Source: a bacterium (GTDB lineage Bacteria > RBG-13-61-14 > DATKZS01). Taken from it: a DNA stretch of 64,000 nt. Positions 37,484 to 47,401 of the stretch are shown piece after piece; the first letter of the stretch is position 1; each line of letters begins with the position of its first letter. The stretch lies in contig CAXXFL010000002.1 in the NCBI GenBank assembly GCA_963674965.2, forward strand, positions 608,001 through 672,000, in the 5' to 3' direction. Under the pieces are notes generated by a model. That model was not told the DNA's origin. It saw only the letters and a list, made by a program, of their open reading frames with translations, and made no database searches. The position numbers and the translations under genes are program-made.

Positions 37484-38896
37484 TTAAAAAATCCCCAAAT
37501 GCTGATTAATCATGAACATTATTACTATAAAAACCAGGATGGGACTCACGTATCTGGCTATTGGAAGCCAGAGGTCGTGGAAAGTTCTCCTTTTTCCACC
37601 CTCGGTAAGCTGTTTGAGGACCACGTCGCCCTTTAGCCTCCAGGCCGCGAAAATAATTATGAAAAATCCACCAATGGGCAGCATATAGTTCGTGGCCAGC
37701 AAATCCACGGAATCCAGGATTTGCTTTCCCTCAAAAGGTTTAAAATCATTAAATATTTCCGTATAGCTCAAAGCGGAGAAAATCCCCAGGAACCATATCA
37801 CCGCGCCAAGGGATAAAGTGGCCACCCTCCTGGCCCATTTGCGGTCGTCTATAAAATACGCCACTACCACCTCGAGAAGACTTATCGCCGAGGTCAGCGC
37901 GGCAAAGGCGATAAGAAGGAAAAAGGCCGTGCCCATTAGCCTTCCCAGCGGCATCTGGGCAAAAGCCAGCGGCAGCACTTTGAATAAGAGCCCGGGCCCT
38001 CCCGCCGGATCGAGATTGTACTTGAACAAGATGGTGAAGATGGCTATGGAGGCGAGCATGGCGATCAGGGTATCCAGCCCCGCCACCATAACGGCCGCGC
38101 CGGGAAGGCTCTCGTCGTCGCCCAGGTAGGAGCCGTAAGTTATCATGGCGCCCATGCCCAGGCTGAGGGTGAAAAAGGCGTGGCCCATGGCCTCGAGCAT
38201 CGGACGGGCCGTGAACTTGCCCGCCTCGTCAAGCACAAGCTTTTTCCAGTCCGGCACAAACAGGTAAGTAAGTCCCGCCTTGGCGTCTCCCTCGATAAGT
38301 CCATACACGACCAGCACCACGAGGAGGATGAACAGGAGAGGCATGAGAATACCGATCCACCTCTCCAGGCCCTCCTTTACTCCAAAAATAACAATACCGA
38401 TGGTGGCCACCATAAACACCGTGTGCCAGCCTATCTGCTCCCAGGGGTCGGTAATGGTCTTGTCGAAAAGGGCGCTTATAGCCTCGGCGTCCTTGCCCAT
38501 GAACTCCCCGGAGGCGGACTTGGTGAAGTAGTCCACGTTCCATCCCGCCACCACCGAGTAATAGCTGAGGATCACGAAGCCTGAGGCCACCCCCAAAAAG
38601 CCAACGCCCAGCCAGAGGGGATTTTTCTTGCTCAGCTTCGCGAAGGCCCCCACTGGGTTCTTTCTCGCCTCGCGGCCGATCATAATCTCGGCCACCAAAA
38701 GCGGCAGGCCAACCACGAGGATACATAATAGGTAAAAAAGCACGAAGGCCCCGCCTCCGTACCTTCCGGCTATGTAGGGGAACTTCCAGATATTGCCCAG
38801 CCCGATGGCGCTGCCGGCCGCGGCCAGGATGAACATAAGCCGGGAGGACCATAACCCTCGAGCGCTTACGTCGTTTTCATTGCCGTTATATTCCAT
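37484..38896 (-). CDS. Sodium-dependent transporter (NSS/SNF family)
   Basis: GSAIGLGNIWKFPY and FFTLSLGMGAMITYGSY. Confidence 0.95.
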   Translation of the reverse strand: MEYNGNENDVSARGLWSSRLMFILAAAGSAIGLGNIWKFPYIAGRYGGGAFVLFYLLCILVVGLPLLVAEIMIGREARKNPVGAFAKLSKKNPLWLGVGFLGVASGFVILSYYSVVAGWNVDYFTKSASGEFMGKDAEAISALFDKTITDPWEQIGWHTVFMVATIGIVIFGVKEGLERWIGILMPLLFILLVVLVVYGLIEGDAKAGLTYLFVPDWKKLVLDEAGKFTARPMLEAMGHAFFTLSLGMGAMITYGSYLGDDESLPGAAVMVAGLDTLIAMLASIAIFTILFKYNLDPAGGPGLLFKVLPLAFAQMPLGRLMGTAFFLLIAFAALTSAISLLEVVVAYFIDDRKWARRVATLSLGAVIWFLGIFSALSYTEIFNDFKPFEGKQILDSVDLLATNYMLPIGGFFIIIFAAWRLKGDVVLKQLTEGGKRRTFHDLWLPIARYVSPILVFIVIMFMINQHLGIF

Positions 38897-38985
38897 TCGC
38901 GATCGTCCCCGATTTTCCGATTGTTAAAGGCGTGAAAATTATAGCCCCTCAGGATTGAAGCCGCAAGAAGTCCGCTTCGATAGTC

Positions 38986-39651
38986 TCAGAACAGTTTGAG
39001 TATCGCCTTAATGTCGGGAATGATGGCGTCGGGGTTTTCCGCCTCGATCTCGGCCCTCGAGCAGGGACCGGTAGGGGCCTCGACTATGATCGCCCTGCAC
39101 CCCGCGCTTTTGGCCGACAGGACGTCCACCACGTGGTCGCCCACGTAGACCATTTCCCTCGTCTCCAGACCCAGCCTCTCGGCCATCAGGATAAGCGGGT
39201 CCGGCGCCGGCTTGGCGCTCTCGACCTCGTCCGAGCCCACGTATTGCTCGAAGTTGCCGTCAAGTCCCAGGTGTTTCATTATACGGTCGATCTCGGCGTG
39301 GCTTTTGGTGCTGGCCACGGCCATCCTGTATCCTTTTTCCTTGAGGAGAGCAAGGGTCTCGGCGACCCCGGTTAAAAGGAAAGACCTGGCGGCTATGGCC
39401 CCGTCCCGAGCTATCTTGCGGAACATGTCCCGCATTGCCTCGGGTTCCTTGCTGCCGAAAAGCGCGAAGGTCTGATCGATGGGAATTCCGATGCGTTTCT
39501 TGATGGACTCGGCTTCCACGGCCGGCTCCCCTACCCTTTTCCTGGCTTCATTAAAGCAATATACTATCCCCTCGCTCGAGTCGATCAGCGTATAGTCCAG
39601 ATCGAAAACAATGGCTTTGGCGTCCTTGAAATCCATCAATATCTCCTCCAT
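38986..39651 (-). CDS. HAD-family phosphatase
   Basis: FDLDYTL, ASTK, KPAP and VGDHVVD. Confidence 0.92.
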   Translation of the reverse strand: MEEILMDFKDAKAIVFDLDYTLIDSSEGIVYCFNEARKRVGEPAVEAESIKKRIGIPIDQTFALFGSKEPEAMRDMFRKIARDGAIAARSFLLTGVAETLALLKEKGYRMAVASTKSHAEIDRIMKHLGLDGNFEQYVGSDEVESAKPAPDPLILMAERLGLETREMVYVGDHVVDVLSAKSAGCRAIIVEAPTGPCSRAEIEAENPDAIIPDIKAILKLF

Positions 39652-39776
39652 TCGAGCGTGACCATATCACAGACTTTCGTCTTTCTCATCTTCTCCATCG
39701 CGGGAAAGGAAGACGTTTTTTGTCGAGTAAAGGTTTTCTTGAAATTTCCACCATTTCCGGTCTATAGTTGATTCTC

Positions 39777-41036
39777 ATGAAACTTGTCAGCTTTGAAAAG
39801 AAACTGGGGCTCTTCGGGGCCGTGAGCGTGACCGTCGGAGCGGTCATCGGCGTGGGCATATTCGTCATCGTGGGAGAGATCGGAGCCATGGCGGGCAACT
39901 GGACCTCGGTGGCCTTCATGGCCGCCGGCCTGGCCGCCGTGTTCGGTACCATGGTGGCCATCGCCCTGGGCAGCACTATCCCGGCGGACGGAGGAGGCTA
40001 TTACTACACCAAGAGCCTCTTGGGAAAAAAAGCCGGGGCCATAGCCAGTTGGCTTATCATAATCGGGGCCCTCGGCTCGGTCGGCACCGTGTCCCTCGGG
40101 GTGGCCGACTACATCCGATATTACGTGCCCGACTTCCCGGGATGGATAAGACCCATCATCGCCATCGGACTTATCCTGCTTACCTGGCTGATAAACACCA
40201 TCGGCATTATGGCATCGGAGAAACTTCAGATCGCCATGGTCGTCCAGCTATCGAGCGCCCTTCTCATACTGGTAATAGTGGCCATTATTAACGGCGGCTC
40301 GCCCGACTTCAGCCAGCCCCTGCCCAAAGGAACGGGGATTTTCCTTCAGGCCTGCGCCATGGCCCTCCTCTCCTATACGGGATTTAACATAATAGGAGAG
40401 TTGGGAGACGAGATAGAGAACCCCAGGCGAAACATTCCTCTGACCATCGTCATCGGACTGGGCATTATTATCTTCATCTACGTGGGCATAGGCTGGATCG
40501 TCTCGGGCAGCATGACGGCGGACGAGATGGCGGTGAGCAAGGCCGCCCTCCTCGATACGGCCATGAAGTACCTGGGCAACTACAAATGGTTCATGCACTA
40601 CCTGAACCTCGCCGCCGTGTTCGGCGCGATTACCTCGATTAACGCCGTCTTCCTGGCCGTGCCCCGCGAGTTCGCGGCCCAGGCCGAGGATAAGCTCCTT
40701 CCCCAGTGGATTGCCAAGTTCAACTCCGAGCGGCAAACCTTTCCCACCGGAATCATGGTGGTGGCCATAGTGGGATGTCTCATCGTGGCGCCCAGCTTCA
40801 AGGTCGGGCTGTACGGATACCTTTGCGTGGCGGGCCTCATCCTGGCCAACGTGCTTTTCTCCGCCGGGGTCCTGCGCCTTTTCAAGCTCTATCCGGACAA
40901 GGTCGAGTCCGCGCCCATTAAGATCAAGAAATGGTGGGTCATACCGTCGGGGGTCGTTTCAGTCCTTTTCTCCCTGGCCTTCGGCCTCCTGGCCGCCTAT
41001 TCCTTCTTCGAGATGCTTTTCAAGGAGTTGTTCTGA
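39777..41036 (+). CDS. APC-family amino acid permease
   Basis: VIGVGIF, GGGYYY, YTGFN and EIENPRRNIP. Confidence 0.92.
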   Translation: MKLVSFEKKLGLFGAVSVTVGAVIGVGIFVIVGEIGAMAGNWTSVAFMAAGLAAVFGTMVAIALGSTIPADGGGYYYTKSLLGKKAGAIASWLIIIGALGSVGTVSLGVADYIRYYVPDFPGWIRPIIAIGLILLTWLINTIGIMASEKLQIAMVVQLSSALLILVIVAIINGGSPDFSQPLPKGTGIFLQACAMALLSYTGFNIIGELGDEIENPRRNIPLTIVIGLGIIIFIYVGIGWIVSGSMTADEMAVSKAALLDTAMKYLGNYKWFMHYLNLAAVFGAITSINAVFLAVPREFAAQAEDKLLPQWIAKFNSERQTFPTGIMVVAIVGCLIVAPSFKVGLYGYLCVAGLILANVLFSAGVLRLFKLYPDKVESAPIKIKKWWVIPSGVVSVLFSLAFGLLAAYSFFEMLFKELF

Positions 41037-41044
41037 TAAAAAAA

Positions 41045-41074
41045 ACTCCCCGGCCCTTTTGGAGGTCGGGGAGT
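41045..41074 (-). terminator. Rho-independent terminator between convergent genes
   Basis: ACTCCCCGGCC...GGTCGGGGAGT stem, with an A-run on the left that forms the U-tract for the minus-strand transcript. Confidence 0.75.
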
Positions 41075-41091
41075 AAACCGTAAATTTCCCG

Positions 41092-41958
41092 TTACTTCAA
41101 GTATTTCCCCAGCACAAGGTCAAGGTCTTTCTTGATTTTTTCCGGTATGGCCTTGGGACTCGTGATAATGGCGAACTTCATGGCGTCGTGACATAGCTCG
41201 CAATGCCCGGCGTCCTTCAGGCGCGGTATGGCGTCCTTGATAATCGAGCGGAACGTGCCCACGTTTTTCTTCATGACCGCGAGCACGGCCTCGATGGTCA
41301 CGTCCTCCTCCTCCTCGTGCCAGCAGTCAAAATCCGTGACCAGGGCCAGCGAGGCGTAGCACATCTCGGCCTCCCGGGCCAGCTTGGCCTCGGTCAGGTT
41401 GGTCATGCCGATCACGTCGGCCCCGAAGGACCGGTACATGCGGCTTTCGGCCCTGGTCGAGAAGAGCGGGCCCTCCATGCAAACGTAAGTCCCGCCCATG
41501 GTCACCTCGGCCCCGACCGTCTTGCCCGACTCGAAAAGGACCTTGGCCAGATCGGGGCAGATGGGGTCCGCGAACAGCCCGTGGGTCACCAGGCCCGGTC
41601 CGGAATAGGTACACTCGCGCCCGCGGGTGCGGTCGATGAACTGGTCGGTCACCACGATATGTCCCGGCGCCAACTCCTCCTTCAAGGACCCGCAAGCGCC
41701 CGAGGCGATGATCCGCTTTACGCCCAGCTTCTTCAGGCCCCAAATGTTCGCCCGGTAATTTATATGAGTGGGAGGAATGCGGTGCCCTTTTCCATGGCGG
41801 GGCAAAAATGCCACCCTTACGCCGCCCAGGTTCCCGATGAGATACTTATCCGAAGGCTCGCCCCAGGGCGTGGCGACCTCGACCTCCTTCTCGATCTTGA
41901 GCTCGTCAATCTCGTAAAGACCGCTTCCGCCGATGACTCCGATCTGGACCTGGTCCAT
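41092..41958 (-). CDS. mtnP: S-methyl-5'-thioadenosine phosphorylase
   Basis: IGGSGLY, RHGKGH, EGPLFSTRAES, IGMT and TDFDCW. Confidence 0.93.
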   Translation of the reverse strand: MDQVQIGVIGGSGLYEIDELKIEKEVEVATPWGEPSDKYLIGNLGGVRVAFLPRHGKGHRIPPTHINYRANIWGLKKLGVKRIIASGACGSLKEELAPGHIVVTDQFIDRTRGRECTYSGPGLVTHGLFADPICPDLAKVLFESGKTVGAEVTMGGTYVCMEGPLFSTRAESRMYRSFGADVIGMTNLTEAKLAREAEMCYASLALVTDFDCWHEEEEDVTIEAVLAVMKKNVGTFRSIIKDAIPRLKDAGHCELCHDAMKFAIITSPKAIPEKIKKDLDLVLGKYLK

Positions 41959-42000
41959 TTCTTCCTCCTTTACTTCGAGGCTGGGCCGTCCGGTCGAAAC

Positions 42001-42936
42001 TCACGCCGGCTCGGCCATGGTTATAGTGGGACCCACCGAGTAATGCAGCGGTTCCTCCGTGTCGTAAAGCTCGCCGTCTATCATCCAGCGCATCTTTTGG
42101 GAGGGCGTGATGGTCACCGTGGCCGCCACGCCGTTGTGTTGAATTTCAGGATGCACAACGTCGCCGCCCTTCCACAAGGTGGGGGCCTTTTTGGCGAAGA
42201 TGATGGGATGGGCCGTGGTGGCGACGAAATGGAAGTGCCCGGGTTTATCATAGGCGTGGGGCGTGGGCTTGAACCCCAGGCCCAGCTCGACGATGGTGCA
42301 GCCGAGCATGACGTTGTAGCCGTCCTGGCCAAGGTCGTTCCCGTCCACGCTCACGCGACAGGGGACGGCGCCAAAAAGGTCCTTGATAAACTCGTTCCTC
42401 ATGACCGCGCCGTTGATCATCTTGGCCACCAGCTTGGTCGCCTGCCACGGACCGGTGCTCGAGCCCGAGTAATAGGCGTCCAGGAACTTGGCCACCGTGC
42501 CCGCGCCCGAGAGGAAACCGTACTTCTCGTTGACTTTGATCAAGTGTTGTTGGCGCTCGGTGAATGGCTCGCCCGCCTTGTATTTCTGGACCGCCTTCTC
42601 GAGTATGCCCACGGTCTTGCCCTTGATCTTGAGGGAATTGGACACGGTGTTCATGGTGCCGCCCCGCAGGCTCATCACTTTGGGCAGGGGATGGTCCCCA
42701 TAGGCCTTGACAAAGGCGCTGAGAACGAGGTGCAAGGTGCCGTCTCCCCCGTTGACCGCTATGATCTCGACGTCCTTTTCCTTGAACTCCTGGGCCACAT
42801 CGGGAAGCTCGTTGATGTTCTTGGTCTCCCGGAACACGCCCACGTCCTCGAGCATGGCGCTAAGCTTCGCGCCCACCCAGGGCCTCTTTAAATTTCCCTT
42901 GGCAAAAGGGTTGTGAATAATGCCTATTCCCGCCAT
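42001..42936 (-). CDS. Diacylglycerol/lipid kinase family protein
   Basis: IIHNP, NGGDGT, GGTMN and IDGE. Start set at MAGIGII. Confidence 0.88.
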   Translation of the reverse strand: MAGIGIIHNPFAKGNLKRPWVGAKLSAMLEDVGVFRETKNINELPDVAQEFKEKDVEIIAVNGGDGTLHLVLSAFVKAYGDHPLPKVMSLRGGTMNTVSNSLKIKGKTVGILEKAVQKYKAGEPFTERQQHLIKVNEKYGFLSGAGTVAKFLDAYYSGSSTGPWQATKLVAKMINGAVMRNEFIKDLFGAVPCRVSVDGNDLGQDGYNVMLGCTIVELGLGFKPTPHAYDKPGHFHFVATTAHPIIFAKKAPTLWKGGDVVHPEIQHNGVAATVTITPSQKMRWMIDGELYDTEEPLHYSVGPTITMAEPA

Positions 42937-43036
42937 TTCATGCTCCCTTAATGAAAATCTAACACCTAAGTAAATACCGAATCCAAGGTCCCAGTCAAGT
43001 CGGGGATGAATCGAGACGGATATTTCCCATCTCTTG

Positions 43037-43080
43037 TTGACACGCGTCTTTGGTTCCTCTATATTATATTGGTCCGGCCA
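43037..43080 (+). promoter_or_regulatory. Sigma70 promoter with FadR-type operator
   Basis: TTGACA-17 bp-TATATT, then TGGTCCGGCCA (43070-43080), which resembles the FadR-subfamily TGGTCNGACCA site. Confidence 0.7.
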
Positions 43081-43105
43081 CCCGATGAGTTGGAAGGATG
43101 CGACC

Positions 43106-43846
43106 ATGGAAGCGAAAAAAAATACCATCGAGCCCATCACCAAAACCAGGCTGCACGAGGAGATCGCCGAGAGGCTCAAGGACGCGATCATAGCCGGAGA
43201 TATCCGGCCGGGACAGAGGCTGCCCACCGAGCGGGAGCTGGCCGACAGCTTCAAGGTCAACCGGTCCACGGTGCGGGAGGCCCTGAAAAAACTCGAGGGC
43301 CTCGAGCTGATCGAGATCAGGCACGGAAGCGGGGTGTTCGCCAGGGACTACCTGGAGAGCGCCAGCCTCGAGCTGGTCAAGGGCCTGCTCCTGGCGGACG
43401 GCGGGATCAACGCCGGCGTGCTGGAGGAGCTGATGGAACTGCGCTCACTTATCGTGCCCCGCATATCCCAACTCGCCGCGAGGAACCGGTCCGACTCCGA
43501 CCTTGCCGCCCTCGATCGCGTGGTCTTTCACTCGGACGAGATGGACATGGCGGAAAAGGACTGGCGCGTCCACAACCTCATAGCCCGGGCCAGCGGCAAC
43601 CTGCTGTTCGTCATCGTGCTCAACGCCTTTACGGACCTGGCGGGAGATTCCGGAAAATTGTATTTCGCGAACGAGAAAAACCGCCGGGCGTCAGAGCGCT
43701 TCCACCGCGACATCTATGAGGCCATTAAGAAAAGGCAACCCGAGAGGGCGCGAAAGATAATGGAGGAAGTCCTCGAGTACGCGGCCAAGGCCACGCTCGA
43801 GGCGGCGAGCGGCGGCTCGAAAAAACGAGCGAGGAAAAAGGAATAA
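43106..43846 (+). CDS. GntR/FadR family regulator
   Basis: LPTERELADSFKVNRSTVREAL HTH and FCD domain (ASGN). Confidence 0.93.
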   Translation: MEAKKNTIEPITKTRLHEEIAERLKDAIIAGDIRPGQRLPTERELADSFKVNRSTVREALKKLEGLELIEIRHGSGVFARDYLESASLELVKGLLLADGGINAGVLEELMELRSLIVPRISQLAARNRSDSDLAALDRVVFHSDEMDMAEKDWRVHNLIARASGNLLFVIVLNAFTDLAGDSGKLYFANEKNRRASERFHRDIYEAIKKRQPERARKIMEEVLEYAAKATLEAASGGSKKRARKKE

Positions 43847-43950
43847 CCATAAGTGGTTATCAAAAGCCTTGGGCCGCGAAGCGTCGGATATAAATGATGG
43901 CGAGCGGCCCTGCCGTCGGATATGATAAACATCTGTAAAGGGGGCAAACC

Positions 43951-45651
43951 ATGAAGATATTCAAGAAATTCCAGCCGGACTGGAGGGAGGACGTTCCCGG
44001 TCCCGACACCTATCGATCGATTTTCAAGTACAAGCCCGACGAGTTCAAGCACCCGAGCCCGGCCTGGTACCAGATGTTCAAGACCGAGTTCGGACTCACC
44101 GACGATGACTTTAAAAAACGCCAACCCGGCGGCGACGAAAAGGTCTCGATCAGCCATAAGATCAACTTGAGCGACGACCAGCTAAACGCCTTCCGTTCCA
44201 TGGTGGGCGCCGAGAACGTGGCCACCGACGACTACAGCCGGGTTAAATACGGCACGGGCAAGTCTTTGGACGAGGACCTGGACATGCGGCGAAACGTCGT
44301 TCGCAAGGCCCCCGACGCGGTCATCCACCCCCGCGACAAGGAGGACGTGAAAAAGGTGGTCGAGTACTGCAACTCCCAGCGGATACCCATCGTCACCTAC
44401 GGCGGCGGCTCGGGCGTGGTGCTCGGCATCCGGGCGGACAAGGGCGGCGTGGCCCTGGTGATGAGGACCCACATGAACAAGGTCCTCAGCGTGAACGAGC
44501 AAAACCAGACGGTCAGGGTCCAGCCCGGCGCCATGGGGCCCGACTATGAGGAGACCCTGAACAAGGCGCCCGAGAGGTTCGGGACCAAACATCGCTACAC
44601 GGGCGGCCATTTTCCCCAGAGCTTCGAGATTTCCTCGGTGGGCGGATGGATTCTGGCGCTGGGCTCGGGACAGGCCTCGACCTATTACGGCGACGCCTAC
44701 AACCTGGTTGTCAGCCAGGAGTACGTGACCCCCTCCGGAAACGTCAAGACCCTCGATATCCCGGGCACGGCCACCGGGCCGCGCGTCAACGACATGTTCA
44801 AGGGCAGCGAGGGCGCCTACGGCGTTCTGGTCGAGGCGTCCATGAAGATTTACCGCTACGTTCCCGAGAACAGGCAGCGCTTTTCCTTCATGTTTCCCAC
44901 CTGGGAGGACGCGGTCAGCGCCAGCCGCGAAATAGCCCAGGGAGAGTTCGGCATGCCCGCCGTCTACAGGATTTCCGACCCCGAGGAGACCGAGATCGGA
45001 CTCAAGCTCAAGGGTTTCAGCGACGGGTTCTTCGACAAGTTCCTCAGGAGGCGCGGGCTCGAGCCCATGAAGAGGAGCCTTTGCATCGGGACGGCGGAGG
45101 GCGAGATGGGGTTCGCTCGCCACGTCAAGAAGCGGGTGAGCCGCATAGCCAAGGACCGCGGGGCCGTTTCGCTCTCGGGCTACGCTGCCAAACAATGGGA
45201 GAAAGGCCGGTACTCGGACGTTCACGTAAGGGAGGACCTTCTGGACTACAACATTATCCTGGACACCCTCGAGTCGGGCGTGACCTGGGACAACCTGCAC
45301 AACCTTCATAAGGGAGTGAGGTCCTTCGTCAAGTCCAGGCCTAAGACCTTCTGCCTCACTCACGCGTCCCACTTCTATCCGCAGGGCACGAACCTTTACT
45401 TCATCTTCATGATCAAGGTGCGTGACGCCGAGGAGTTCTACCAGTTCAGGGGCGACGTGGTGTCCAAGATAGTCGAGCACGGCGGGTCCATCAGCCACCA
45501 CCACGGCATCGGGAGGATGTTCGCGCCCTGGATGGAGAGACACCTCGGCAAGGAGCAGCTTGGGGCGCTTCGGGCCCTGAAGAGACATTTCGATCCCAAT
45601 AACATCATGAACCCGGGCGGGGTCCTGTCGCTGGACGAGCCGGTGGATTAG
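43951..45651 (+). CDS. FAD-binding oxidoreductase, alkyl-DHAP synthase-like
   Basis: YGGGSG, GHFPQSFE, GSEGAYG, SHHHGIG and NPG. Confidence 0.9.
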   Translation: MKIFKKFQPDWREDVPGPDTYRSIFKYKPDEFKHPSPAWYQMFKTEFGLTDDDFKKRQPGGDEKVSISHKINLSDDQLNAFRSMVGAENVATDDYSRVKYGTGKSLDEDLDMRRNVVRKAPDAVIHPRDKEDVKKVVEYCNSQRIPIVTYGGGSGVVLGIRADKGGVALVMRTHMNKVLSVNEQNQTVRVQPGAMGPDYEETLNKAPERFGTKHRYTGGHFPQSFEISSVGGWILALGSGQASTYYGDAYNLVVSQEYVTPSGNVKTLDIPGTATGPRVNDMFKGSEGAYGVLVEASMKIYRYVPENRQRFSFMFPTWEDAVSASREIAQGEFGMPAVYRISDPEETEIGLKLKGFSDGFFDKFLRRRGLEPMKRSLCIGTAEGEMGFARHVKKRVSRIAKDRGAVSLSGYAAKQWEKGRYSDVHVREDLLDYNIILDTLESGVTWDNLHNLHKGVRSFVKSRPKTFCLTHASHFYPQGTNLYFIFMIKVRDAEEFYQFRGDVVSKIVEHGGSISHHHGIGRMFAPWMERHLGKEQLGALRALKRHFDPNNIMNPGGVLSLDEPVD

Positions 45652-45677
45652 CCGGTACCCCGCCGGAGGAATAGAAC

Positions 45678-47249
45678 ATGTCGAGCCATGGCCAGAAAAG
45701 CGGCGAGCTAATCCTTTCGATCGACGCGGGGACCCAGTCGATCAGGGCCGGACTGGTCGATCCCGCGGGCAATATTCACGACCTTGTCAAGACCGTCATC
45801 GTGCCCTATTTTTCCGAGAGGCCGGGCTGGGCCGAGCAGGACCCGGAGTATTACTGGAAGATGCTTTGCCAAACCTGCCTGGAACTCCTGGCCAAGACGA
45901 GGTTCGGCAAGGACTCGATCAAAGCCGTGACCATGGCCTGCCAGCGCAGCACCTACGTCAACGTGGACAAAGAGGGAAAGCCTCTCCGGCCCGCCATCGT
46001 CTGGCTCGACCAGAGAAGGGCCGACGCCCGGAAGATAGTCCCCTCCCCCGTGTGGCCCCTCTTGAAAATTGCCGGACTGGCCGATTTCATGGAGTTCGCC
46101 GTCGGCTTTTGCCGCTCGAACTGGATTCGGCAGAACCAGCCCGAAATCTGGGACAAGACCCACAAGTACCTCTTCCTCTCGGGCTTCTTCACCCACCGTC
46201 TGACCGGGGAATTCGCCGACTCGGTGGGCAACATGATCGGCACCATTCCCTTCAACTCGAAGACCCATGAATGGGCCGGCAACCTCGATTTCAAATGGAA
46301 GATTTTCCCCCTCGAGCGCGAGAAGCTTCCCGAGATCGTGCCTCCCTCCCGCCAGATAGGCGTCATCACCAAGGCCGCGTCCAGGGAGACGGGCATACCG
46401 GAGGGGCTTCCCTTCTTCGCCGCCTCCAACGACAAGGCCTGCGAGATAATCGGGGCTGGATGCCAGACGCCGGAGACGCTCTGCATCAGCTTCGGCACTA
46501 CCGCCACCATCAACGCCCAGATATCCAAATACGTCGAGCTTCGGTCCTTTATGCCGCCCTTCCCTTCCGCCATCCCGGGACAATACTACACGGAGGCCTC
46601 GGTCATGCGCGGCCTTTGGATGGTGACCTGGTTCAAGGAGGAGTTCGGCCTGCAGGAGCGGCTCGAGGCCATGGAGGGCAAGGCCACGCCCGAGCAACTT
46701 CTCGAAAATCTGATAAAGGACGTGCCGCCCGGCTCGATGGGACTCATGCTCCAGCCCTACTGGACGCCCGGCGTCGATATGTCCGCCAGCGCCAAGGGGT
46801 CGGTCATCGGCTTTGGCGACGTTCACACCCGTGCCCACCTTTACCGCGCCATCATCGAGGGCCTTTCCTACGCCCTCAAGGAGGGGGCCATCCTGACCGA
46901 GAAGAAAACCAAAACGCCCATGCAAAGGGTCAGGGTATCGGGAGGCGGCTCCCAAAGCGACTCGATCGTCCAGATAGCGGCCGACGTCTTCGGGGTTCCC
47001 GCCGAGCGTCCCCACACCCACGAGACCTCCGCCCTCGGCGCCGCCATCGACGCCGCCGTGGGCATGAAGATGCACGGCGGATTCCCCGAGGCCATCAAGG
47101 CCATGACCCGCGTCGGCAAGGTCTTCGAGCCCATCGATAAAAACGTGGAAATCTACGACCGGCTGTTCAACGACGCATACCTCAAACTCTACGGCAAGCT
47201 CCTGCCCCTCTTCGAGAAAATACGAGATATCACCGGGTACCCGGAGTGA
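45678..47249 (+). CDS. FGGY-family carbohydrate kinase
   Basis: IDAGTQS, EQDP, WLDQR and GGGSQS. Confidence 0.93.
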   Translation: MSSHGQKSGELILSIDAGTQSIRAGLVDPAGNIHDLVKTVIVPYFSERPGWAEQDPEYYWKMLCQTCLELLAKTRFGKDSIKAVTMACQRSTYVNVDKEGKPLRPAIVWLDQRRADARKIVPSPVWPLLKIAGLADFMEFAVGFCRSNWIRQNQPEIWDKTHKYLFLSGFFTHRLTGEFADSVGNMIGTIPFNSKTHEWAGNLDFKWKIFPLEREKLPEIVPPSRQIGVITKAASRETGIPEGLPFFAASNDKACEIIGAGCQTPETLCISFGTTATINAQISKYVELRSFMPPFPSAIPGQYYTEASVMRGLWMVTWFKEEFGLQERLEAMEGKATPEQLLENLIKDVPPGSMGLMLQPYWTPGVDMSASAKGSVIGFGDVHTRAHLYRAIIEGLSYALKEGAILTEKKTKTPMQRVRVSGGGSQSDSIVQIAADVFGVPAERPHTHETSALGAAIDAAVGMKMHGGFPEAIKAMTRVGKVFEPIDKNVEIYDRLFNDAYLKLYGKLLPLFEKIRDITGYPE

Positions 47250-47287
47250 AGTATATGAATTTATCAGAGGTCTTCATCGCGCGCGAC

Positions 47288-47315
47288 TTGACAATAATAA
47301 TATTGGAACTAGAAT
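47288..47315 (+). promoter_or_regulatory. Sigma70 promoter of the restriction-modification locus
   Basis: TTGACA-16 bp-TAGAAT. Confidence 0.6.
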
Positions 47316-47401
47316 ATATAGAAGACGAAAATCTTTGAAATGTCCCGCGGCTTAATATAAGGCCAGGAACGCCGATTCCCGCTGGAGGAGAAAAATAAAC
47401 T

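Noticed and set aside
41203-42891. Long antisense ORFs (e.g. 562 aa here, 7442-8833, 44182-45588, 45708-47075, 57762-58928)
   Set aside because: Shadow frames opposite well-supported genes, expected from high GC at third codon positions; no recognisable motifs.
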